A stretch of 64,000 bases of DNA, from NCBI GenBank assembly GCA_963801815.1, contig CAWDGJ010000008.1, positions 32,001 to 96,000 on the forward strand. The letters are read 5' to 3'. The translations under genes were made by a program, and so were the position numbers. This stretch comes from an uncultured Verrucomicrobiae bacterium. Lineage in GTDB: Bacteria; Verrucomicrobiota; Verrucomicrobiia; Chthoniobacterales; UBA10450. Shown here piece by piece: positions 10,601 through 17,668 of this stretch; within the stretch, counting starts at the first letter, position 1, and each line of letters begins with the position of its first letter. The notes beneath the pieces were generated by a model. It was not told the origin of the DNA. It made no database searches and worked only from the letters and a program-made list of their open reading frames with translations.

Positions 10601-11286
10601 TGTTTGTGCGCAAAAGCGTTTGGATTGTCGGCGGCGACGGCTGGGGTTACGACATCGGTTACGGCGGGCTTGATCACGTGCTGGCAAGTGGCCGCAATGT
10701 AAAAGTGCTTCTGCTCGATACTGAAGTTTACTCTAATACCGGTGGCCAGTGTTCCAAAGCAACCCCGCGTGCGGCGGTAGCAAAGTTCGCTTCGAGCGGA
10801 AAACGCGCACCGAAAAAGGATCTCGGCTTAATGGCGATGAGTTACGGAACGATTTACGTCGCATCCGTGGCGATGGGTGCCAGGGACGAGCACACGTTGA
10901 AAGCGTTCCTCGAAGCCGAGGCCTATGACGGTCCGGCGTTGATCATTGCCTACAGCCATTGCATTGCCCATGGCATCAACATGGCAACGGCGATGCAGGA
11001 CCAGAAAGCGGCGGTGAACTCGGGGCAATGGATGCTGTATCGCTTCAATCCCGACCGTTCCGCCCGTGGCGAAAATCCGCTTCAGCTCGATTCGGCGCCG
11101 CCGAAAATCGACATCTGCGAGTATTTCAAACTCGAAAACCGGTTCAAGATGTTGAGCGATCCTAAAGCGGCGAAACAACTGGGAGAGCGTGCCCAAAAAG
11201 ATGCAACCGCTCGCCGCGCCATGTACGAATACCTCGCCGCGAGAAAATTTGACACCGGCAAACAAGTCGCCCGCGATTTAGGATGA
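7630..11286 (+). CDS. nifJ: Pyruvate:ferredoxin (flavodoxin) oxidoreductase, single-chain type
   Basis: YPITP, EMQSEGGAAG, GGRYGLSSKEF; two ferredoxin-type motifs CIQCGKC..CP and CTGCGIC..CP; GACAGCGETPY; TPP motif GGDGW..DIG..YSNTGGQ; 1218 aa. Confidence 0.96.
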   Translation: MNIATTEPEIGLTNGHRTGFDFKHEQRPVRSHIAKTGLKTLDANEAVARIAYALNEVIAIYPITPASPMGEWADAWSAKGVKNLWGTVPAVIEMQSEGGAAGAIHGALQTGALSTTFTCSQGLLLMIPNMYKIAGELTPTVFHIAARAIAAQALSIFGDHSDVMATRATGWAMLCSASVQEAQDLALIAHAATLESRIPFIHFFDGFRTSHEISKIDIVHSDVLREMIDEARVLDHRARALSPDHPVIRGTAQNPDVAFQARETVNPFYAACPGIVQRAMDRFGALTGRRYGIFEYHGATDAERVIILMGSGCEAAHETVDFLNALDEKVGVLKVRLYRPFDSSAFVKMLPLTTRALAVLDRTKEPGCGGEPLYLDCVNALHEHGWSDLRIIGGRYGLSSKEFTPAMIKAAFDNLAQSSPKNHFTVGIDDDLCHTSLDVDRKFSTESDDVIRAQFFGLGADGTVGANKESIKIIGEGTDYFAQGYFVYDSKKSGAMTISHLRFGPRPIRSTYLVTKANFVGCHQPFLLESQDVLKDLVPGGTFLLNSPFGPDKIWQHLPEKVQRRIIARRPRFFVIDANKVAHDAGLGRRINTIMQTCFFALSDVLPPERAITAIKDSIERTYAKKGADVVEKNIRAVDQALAHLYEVEVPEHFNGNPIKRNGQCSDEPPFVHDVLEKIMTGRGDRLPVSALPNDGTYPTGTTRFEKRNLASDVPVWDPEICIQCGKCVLVCPHSVIRSKVYQSPVLEKAPATFKSRETRLPEWKGLNYTLQVAVEDCTGCGICVDVCPARNKTDAKSKAINMRPQLPLRESERANWNFFLSIPDMDRREIRVGSVRQMQVQQPLFEFSGACAGCGETPYIKLLTQLFGDRLLIANATGCSSIFGGNLPTTPYAKDLFGRGPAWANSLFEDNAEFGLGFRVSIDKQQEFAGELLHQLSPQVGQELTTEILNARQRDEADIFDQRERVTELKRRLQRLEGPQAERLRSLADMFVRKSVWIVGGDGWGYDIGYGGLDHVLASGRNVKVLLLDTEVYSNTGGQCSKATPRAAVAKFASSGKRAPKKDLGLMAMSYGTIYVASVAMGARDEHTLKAFLEAEAYDGPALIIAYSHCIAHGINMATAMQDQKAAVNSGQWMLYRFNPDRSARGENPLQLDSAPPKIDICEYFKLENRFKMLSDPKAAKQLGERAQKDATARRAMYEYLAARKFDTGKQVARDLG

Positions 11287-11302
11287 GATTGAGAAGAAGA
11301 GT

Positions 11303-12025
11303 CTACTTTTTCTTCGTGTAGCTGATCTCCATCGTCTTCTTTTCCTGGCCACCCTGGTTCTCGTACCACTCGAGACTCATGTGGTTGTTATCAACGATCT
11401 TGAGGACTTCCCGGACCTGGGTTTTCATTCCGGGCATCGCTTCGATTTCCGCGGTGTAGGTGAACGATTTCGTAGCCGGATCGTAAGTGCCTTCCGAGGG
11501 CTCGATACCCGTACCCATGTTGTCGATCCACGACGCCACGAATTTCTTCTTCACGTTGTCGTAGCCCTCAAGGCCCATTCCCTTGAACATGACGTCTTTC
11601 ATTTTCCCTTTTTCATCGGGCATCTGTATTTTGCCACTCACATCCATGGTCACGTAGCGCCCGCCCATGATCGATTTTCTGACCGCGGTTCCTTTCGATT
11701 CTTGCGGCTTGGCGTTTGGGTCCGGGTTCATCCAGAACTTGATGGTGTAGTTCCAGTCGCCGTCGAGGCTGGATAGAAGCTTGTGGTTCTCGTTCAATTT
11801 CGACATCTCCATCATCTGCGCCATCATTTTTTGCATGTCGGCAGCACTCGGCTGACCGGTCTGCGCGGTCACCGCAGTTCCACCAGATGAATTCGCCGGA
11901 ACCGCGACCTGGCCGGTATTGGACATTTTATCGCCGGGCGCGGGCGAAGTTGTCATTTGAGCGAAGGCTGAAACAGCGAACGAGGTCGCTGCGAAAAACG
12001 CGATGACAATCAGGGATGATTTCAT
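11303..12025 (-). CDS. DUF1579-family secreted protein
   Basis: Signal peptide; H..L..L.G.W, MGGRY, F.G.GLEGYDNVKKKFVASWIDNMGT pattern. Confidence 0.8.
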   Translation of the reverse strand: MKSSLIVIAFFAATSFAVSAFAQMTTSPAPGDKMSNTGQVAVPANSSGGTAVTAQTGQPSAADMQKMMAQMMEMSKLNENHKLLSSLDGDWNYTIKFWMNPDPNAKPQESKGTAVRKSIMGGRYVTMDVSGKIQMPDEKGKMKDVMFKGMGLEGYDNVKKKFVASWIDNMGTGIEPSEGTYDPATKSFTYTAEIEAMPGMKTQVREVLKIVDNNHMSLEWYENQGGQEKKTMEISYTKKK

Positions 12026-12074
12026 GGCGCATTTTGCCAGTGACCAGTGACAGGTGACAAGCGACAAGTTGGTC

Positions 12075-12119
12075 GCGGCGAGGCGCCGCAACCAGCACGC
12101 GAGGCGCGTGCGCTCCCCA
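12075..12119. repeat. REP-like double hairpin (GGGGAGC family), single arm
   Basis: GCGGCGAGGCGCCGC..GCACGCGAGGCGCGTGCGCTCCCCA; matches the right arm at 20074-20119. Confidence 0.8.
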
Positions 12120-12125
12120 GAAAGT

Positions 12126-13146
12126 TTACCAGCCGAGGACTTTTGCGAAAATCAGCGGCGCGACAATTGTGGCGTCGGATTCGATGACGAAGCGCGGCGT
12201 GGTGGAGCGCAGCTTGCCCCAGGTGATTTTTTCGTTCGGCACCGCGCCCGAATACGATCCGTAGCTGGTGGTCGAATCGCTGATCTGGCAAAAATAGCCC
12301 CACTCCGGCACCTGTTCGGTGACGAGGTCCTGATTGAGGAGCGGGACCACGCAAATCGGAAAATCACCGGCGATGCCACCGCCGATCTGGAAAAACCCGA
12401 TCGACGATTCCTTCGATTCACGCCGATACCAGTTAACCAGTTCCATCATGTATTCGATGCCGGAGCGGACGGTATGGACGTCACTAATGTGGCCGGTGAT
12501 GCAACGCGCAGCATAAATATTTCCAAGCGTGGAATCCTCCCAGCCGGGTACGACCATCGGCAGATTCTTGTGCGCCGCCGCCATCATCCAACTGTCGGCC
12601 GGATCGATCTCATAAAATTTTTTGAGGTGGCATTCACGCAGGATCTTGAAAAGAAACTCGTGTGGAAATTTTCGCTCCTTACTTTTCGCGGCCCGAACCC
12701 ATTCATCGATCACGATCCGTTCGATCCGACGGATCGCTTCCTCTTCCGGAATGCAGGTGTCGGTTACGCGATTGAGATGGCGACTCGAGAAGCTCTTCTT
12801 CCTGTTGCGGACTGAGCTCGCGATAGTTTGGGAGCCGCTCGTAATGACTGCGGGCAACGAGATTGAAGAGGTCTTCCTCCAGATTCGCGCCGGTGCAGGT
12901 GATGGCGTGGACTTTGTCGTGTCGAATCATTTCAGCCAGCGAAATACCGAGCTCGGCCGTGCTCATCGCGCCGGCGAGCGTGATCATCATTTTGCCGCCA
13001 CTATTGAGATGCGCGATGTAAGCATCGGCGGCGTCCTTGACCACCGCGGCGTTGAAGTGCCGGTAATGCCGATCAATGAATTCGCTGATCGGGCCCGCTT
13101 TAACGCGGTGAACGTTCGCAGCTTCACCTGTCCGCTTTTGCTGCAC
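12126..13146 (-). pseudogene. Deoxyhypusine synthase-like protein (probable homospermidine synthase), split by a +1 frameshift near 12783-12792
   Basis: N-half (13146 frame): HFNAA..TLAGAMSTAELG..CTGANLEED..PQQEEELLE. C-half (12126 frame): RHLNRVTDTCIPEEEA..IGGGIAGDFPIC..SYGSYSGA.PNEKITWGKL. One extra base at CTT CTC GAG T CGC CAT. Confidence 0.85.
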
Positions 13147-13210
13147 GGAAAGTCTATAACGTGATTTCTAACAAATGAGCACGCATTTTTTTGACTGGAG
13201 CTAAGATTTT

Positions 13211-14671
13211 TTAGGGCATCGATCTGGCAATGAGGGCCGCGAGGTTCTCCGGCAGCACGCCGAGGAGAAGAACCGATGCGGCAAGAATCGCCATGACGGA
13301 TTGCTGAAGCGCGGTTGTTCCGAACGCGGAAGGGGCAGTTTTTCCCGCCCTATCGTTCACGAAGATCACTTTGAGAACGCTCAAATAATAATACAGCGAA
13401 ACGAAACTACCAAAGAGGGCGAGAATAACCAGCCAAAGCAAGCCGTGATTGCCACCCGCCCGAAACGCCACGCTGAACAGATAAAACTTTCCGAAAAACC
13501 CGGCCAACGGGGGCAAACCGGCGAGCGAGAGCATGAAGATCGACATGCAGGCTGCTACCAGAGGCGAACGCGATCCCAATCCGGCGAAGTTTTGTAAATC
13601 GTCACCGCCGGTTTGGCGTCTCACAAGTCCGACCACAGCGAATGCGCCGACCAGCGTGATCGCGTAGACCGTGGTGTAAAAAAGCGTTGCCGAAAAGCCT
13701 TCCCGCCCGCCCGCCACCAGGCCAAGCAAGGTATAACCGCCGTGCGCGACCGCCGAGTAAGCAAGCAGCCGGCGGACGTTGGTTTGAACGAGCGCAACAA
13801 AATTTCCCAACAAGATCGACAACGCAGCCAACACTGCGAGAACAGGCGACCAGCCGGCGACCATCGCATGCCAGGCAGCGCTGCCACTAGCCGGGCCGAA
13901 ACCGGTGAGCACGATTTTTCCGAGCACGACGAACGCGGCAACTTTTGAACCGGAGGCAATGAAAGCGGCGCTCGGAATCGGCGCGCCTTGATACGCGTCG
14001 GGCGCCCAAAGATGAAACGGTGCGGCAGTGATCTTGAACGCAAAACCGATTAGGGTCATGACGATTCCGACGGCAAGAAGCGGTTGGACCGAACCGGCGG
14101 TGAGTCTTTCCGCAACGGAGGCGAGCCCAGTCGTCCCAGTCATTCCATAGACCAGGCTGATTCCAAAAAGCGTGAACGCGCTCGCGGTGCTGCCAAAGAG
14201 AAAATATTTCAGGCCGGCTTCGGCAGAACGGGCGTCGGTTTTGTCAAACGCCGCCATCACGTAAAGCGATAAACCGAGGAGTTCGAGCGCTATGAAAATC
14301 ATCAGGAACTCTTCGCTGTCGACGAGCAGCAGCAGTCCCACGGTGCCTAACAACAACATGGCCAGGTATTCGCCAGGGTTACGGAGAGATTTTTCCGACG
14401 CAGCAAGTGGAATCGTGACGAACGCCAACGCAAGGCAGACAACCTTGAACAACGAATTGAGTGGCGAAATTACCAGCATCCCGCCGAACAAATTCGCGTG
14501 CTGGGGCAACCGAACCACGGTCCACATCGCTAACAGAGTTCCAAGAGCGGCAACTATTGCAGGAAAATTACCGGGCCGAGCGCTAGTTAGGCCGATGGTC
14601 AGCACCGCCAGCGCAACCAAAACGATAGTTGCTTCCGGCGCGGCGAGCTGGAGAAGTTGGAAATAGTTCAT
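13211..14671 (-). CDS. nuoN: NADH-quinone oxidoreductase subunit N
   Basis: ALELLGLSLY, EAGLKYF, FKITAAPFHLWAPDAYQGAP, SLAGLPPLAGFFGKF. Confidence 0.95.
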   Translation of the reverse strand: MNYFQLLQLAAPEATIVLVALAVLTIGLTSARPGNFPAIVAALGTLLAMWTVVRLPQHANLFGGMLVISPLNSLFKVVCLALAFVTIPLAASEKSLRNPGEYLAMLLLGTVGLLLLVDSEEFLMIFIALELLGLSLYVMAAFDKTDARSAEAGLKYFLFGSTASAFTLFGISLVYGMTGTTGLASVAERLTAGSVQPLLAVGIVMTLIGFAFKITAAPFHLWAPDAYQGAPIPSAAFIASGSKVAAFVVLGKIVLTGFGPASGSAAWHAMVAGWSPVLAVLAALSILLGNFVALVQTNVRRLLAYSAVAHGGYTLLGLVAGGREGFSATLFYTTVYAITLVGAFAVVGLVRRQTGGDDLQNFAGLGSRSPLVAACMSIFMLSLAGLPPLAGFFGKFYLFSVAFRAGGNHGLLWLVILALFGSFVSLYYYLSVLKVIFVNDRAGKTAPSAFGTTALQQSVMAILAASVLLLGVLPENLAALIARSMP

Positions 14672-16179
14672 TTCAAGAAACGCATCGCTTCGACCGCAGG
14701 TTGGATTCGGTCGAGAAGGATTTTTGGATAAAGTCCGACGGCAAGGGTTGCGAACATCAGCAGGGCGGCGCCAAGTTTTTCGGGAACCGTGATTGGTTCG
14801 AGGTGGATCGAGTGCTCCGCGCTCGACGTTATTTCCGTCGGCGAAGCCGACACTTGTTTAGCATCGTCCGACGGAGCGGCCGATCCACCAGGATCGACAT
14901 CGAAAAATGAACGCTTCAATGCCCGGAGCGTAAAGGCAGCCACCAACACCATGCCGGCGCCAACGATCCAGACTACAAGAGGGTATGCTTTCCAGACGCC
15001 GATGAGGATCGTGATTTCGGCGGCAAACCCGCTGAACCCTGGAATGCCCATCGAAGCCGCTGAGGCAACGACGAAGGTGAACGCCGCGAATGGAAGCGCT
15101 CGGCGAAGATTCATCCGCGATAGCGCGTCGAGATCGCGCGTGTGAGTGCGACGATAAATCATGGTGCCGGCAACGGCGAAGAGAAGGGCGCCGATCACGC
15201 CATGGGAAAACATTTGAAGCACGGCGCCGGAAACGCCGAAAAGGTTCGCGGTTGCCAGGCCGAGCAAAACGAAGCCCATGTGACTGACGCTCGAATAACC
15301 GATCACGAATTTGAGATCGCGCTGACGCAAAGCGACCGCGGCAGCGTAGACAATTCCAACAACCGCGAGAACGGCGATCCAATTGCGCCACATTTGGAAG
15401 CCTTGGGGAAAAAGATTCATAGCCACGCGCAACGCGGCGTAGGCACCCAGCTTCATTACGATCCCAGCGAGCAACATTGAACCCGCGGTCGGCGCGGCGA
15501 CGTGCCCGGTGGGCGCCCAGGTGTGCAATGGCCAAATGCCGGCAAGCACCGCAAACCCAAGAAACAAAACCGGAAAGGCCCAGGACTGGAGTTGGGGTGG
15601 AAATTGAAATTGGGCGAGCTGATTTAAATCAAGCGAACCGCCCGCGACATAAGCGGTGATCACTCCCAAAAAGACGAGGGCGCCGCCAAAAAATGAATAC
15701 AGCGTTAGCTTCATTGCGCCGTACTCCTTGTTGGTCGAACCAAAGATCGCGATCAGGAAATATTTCGGAACAATGACGAGCTCATAAAAGAGAAAGAGAA
15801 GAAAAAGATCGGCACTGAGGAAAACGCCGTAGGAGCCGCCGACCACCAGCAGAAGCCAAAAGAAAAACTCGTTCGCCCGCTCACGAACATCCCACGAAAA
15901 CAAAACCGCGCTGATTGCAGCCAAACCTGTAACAAGAACCAGCGTCAGACTGATGCCATCCAGGGCGAGATGGAAATTCATTCCAAGTGCCGGAATCCAG
16001 GAGACGCGAACGATCGTTGTGAAATGGGCAAGATCGACATCGTGGCGGAAGAATGTCGTCAGACTGATGGCGAGACCGGCAGTAGTCGTGACGAGTGCGA
16101 TCCAGCGAGCCAGGAGCCGCGGAAGCAACAAAACCACAACCGCACCGGTGAACGTGATGTAAATCGTCCAGGCGATCAT
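14668..16179 (-). CDS. nuoM: NADH-quinone oxidoreductase subunit M, second (divergent) copy
   Basis: LDGIS, FYELVIVP, PLHTWAP.GH..AP, LAGIVMKLG, DLK..IGYSSVSHMG, QMFSHG, GFAAE. ATG 16179; ATGA overlap with nuoN. Confidence 0.92.
   Translation of the reverse strand: MIAWTIYITFTGAVVVLLLPRLLARWIALVTTTAGLAISLTTFFRHDVDLAHFTTIVRVSWIPALGMNFHLALDGISLTLVLVTGLAAISAVLFSWDVRERANEFFFWLLLVVGGSYGVFLSADLFLLFLFYELVIVPKYFLIAIFGSTNKEYGAMKLTLYSFFGGALVFLGVITAYVAGGSLDLNQLAQFQFPPQLQSWAFPVLFLGFAVLAGIWPLHTWAPTGHVAAPTAGSMLLAGIVMKLGAYAALRVAMNLFPQGFQMWRNWIAVLAVVGIVYAAAVALRQRDLKFVIGYSSVSHMGFVLLGLATANLFGVSGAVLQMFSHGVIGALLFAVAGTMIYRRTHTRDLDALSRMNLRRALPFAAFTFVVASAASMGIPGFSGFAAEITILIGVWKAYPLVVWIVGAGMVLVAAFTLRALKRSFFDVDPGGSAAPSDDAKQVSASPTEITSSAEHSIHLEPITVPEKLGAALLMFATLAVGLYPKILLDRIQPAVEAMRFLK
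14801..14889. repeat. ~90-bp REPIN-like palindromic element (GGTGGATC...GATCCACC) inserted in frame in nuoM
   Basis: Aligns end to end with 23182-23271 and 42624-42712. Confidence 0.88.
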
Positions 16180-16186
16180 CCCATTG

Positions 16187-17668
16187 TCAGCTGAACAGTC
16201 GCGCCATGTGAACGACGGTTGTGTTGAAGATGTTGAAGACGAATTGAGGATTGAGGCCAATCGCAAACATCAACAGCGTCACCGGAACGATGACGAGTTT
16301 CTCATTGAGCACCAGATCGGAGAATCCCGAACAGCTTTCGGCGAGTGGACCGCTAAAGAGCGATTGCATCGCGCGCATGAAAGTTACGGCCGTAAAAAGC
16401 AAACCGATTACCGCGATGGCGGTAAATCCAGCGGCCGTCGCGAACGAGCCCTTGAAAATTAAGAATTCGCCAATGAACCCGTTGAGTCCGGGCAAGCCTA
16501 ACGACGAGAACATTGCGACGCTCATCCACCCGCACAGCAGCGGTGTGCGTTGCATCAACCCGCCAAAATCATTGATCCCGCGCAAACCGCGCCGCTCTTC
16601 CAGCAAACCGACAAAATAGAAAAGCGCGGCCGCGGTCACGCCGTGATTGAAGATCTGGAGAAACACACCGCTCAACGCAGCATGATTGTCGATCGCTGAC
16701 GGCGTCGAAGTCGCGGTGATCGCGAACAAGCCAAGCAGACAGTAGCCGAGGTGGTTAATCGACAAGTATGCGACCATTCGTTTGAGATCCCGCTGCGCCC
16801 AGGCCGCCAATGGCGCGAATACGATTGAGCAAACGACAAGAGTGAGTAGCCACGGACTGGCGACTTTAATTTCGTTCGGAAAAAGCGGGATGAGTAATCG
16901 GATGAAACCGTAGACGCCCATTTTCGAAAGCGTGCCAGTCAACACCATCGAAACTCCGGTCGGCGCGGTTTGGTAGGCGTCCGGCAGCCAGGTGTGAAAT
17001 GGGAACAGCGGAACCTTGACGGCGAGACCGAGAAAAATTCCTCCGAAAACGAACCAGCGAAAGTTTCCGGAGATCAATCCGCCCTTGCCGAGATCGGCCA
17101 GCGCAACGAAATCGAATGTCCCTTTGGTAAAATAAATTCCGAGAAACGCCAGCAGCATCGTGACGCTGCCGAGGAAGGTGTAGAGGAAGAACTTGACCGC
17201 CGCGTAGTCGCGCCCCGCCCCGGCGGGGTCGCCGTAGATTTTGATGAGCAGAAACGACGGCACGAGGCTCATCTCGTAAAACAAAAACCAGAGCACGAAA
17301 TTCTGGGCGGTGAACGTGCCGTAGAGGGCGGCCTGCATCACCAGCATCAGCGCGCAGGCACCGCGTTCCAGTTTTTGCGCGCAAAACGCGAACGGAAAAA
17401 CCAGCGACGTGAGCAAAACGAGAAGCAAACTCAAACCATCAATGCCCACGACGTACTCGGCGCCGATCGATGGGATCCAGGTATGACGCTCGATTAGCTG
17501 CAATCCAGGCGCAGTGGCATCGAACTTTTGCCAAAGCATGAGTGCATAAAACGCAGACAGCGCGTTAAAGATGAACGCGACCGTGCGCGGATTTTTTGGA
17601 TGCCCGATGTAAAGCACGATCGCGCCGGCAACGGGAATGAGGATGAGCGCTGTGATCAAGCCAACCAT
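16187..17668 (-). CDS. nuoM: NADH-quinone oxidoreductase subunit M, first copy
   Basis: GIDGLS, FYEMSLVP, AVKVPLFPFHTWLPDAY, SKMGVYG, SLGLPGLNGFIGEF. Alternative TTG start at 17659 overlaps the nuoL stop. Confidence 0.93.
   Translation of the reverse strand: MVGLITALILIPVAGAIVLYIGHPKNPRTVAFIFNALSAFYALMLWQKFDATAPGLQLIERHTWIPSIGAEYVVGIDGLSLLLVLLTSLVFPFAFCAQKLERGACALMLVMQAALYGTFTAQNFVLWFLFYEMSLVPSFLLIKIYGDPAGAGRDYAAVKFFLYTFLGSVTMLLAFLGIYFTKGTFDFVALADLGKGGLISGNFRWFVFGGIFLGLAVKVPLFPFHTWLPDAYQTAPTGVSMVLTGTLSKMGVYGFIRLLIPLFPNEIKVASPWLLTLVVCSIVFAPLAAWAQRDLKRMVAYLSINHLGYCLLGLFAITATSTPSAIDNHAALSGVFLQIFNHGVTAAALFYFVGLLEERRGLRGINDFGGLMQRTPLLCGWMSVAMFSSLGLPGLNGFIGEFLIFKGSFATAAGFTAIAVIGLLFTAVTFMRAMQSLFSGPLAESCSGFSDLVLNEKLVIVPVTLLMFAIGLNPQFVFNIFNTTVVHMARLFS

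Noticed and set aside
7630..11286. Nitrogen fixation implied by nifJ
   Set aside because: No nif genes in the window; this PFOR type is widespread in non-diazotrophs.
12126..13146. DHS-like enzyme as the EF-P modifier
   Set aside because: The local EF-P has Asn, not Lys, at the target position; bacterial DHS-like proteins are better known as homospermidine synthases.
14668..17668. Two nuoM as an assembly duplication or an Mrp antiporter
   Set aside because: The copies are highly divergent, NuoL is lengthened to match, and no mrpEFG-like genes are present.
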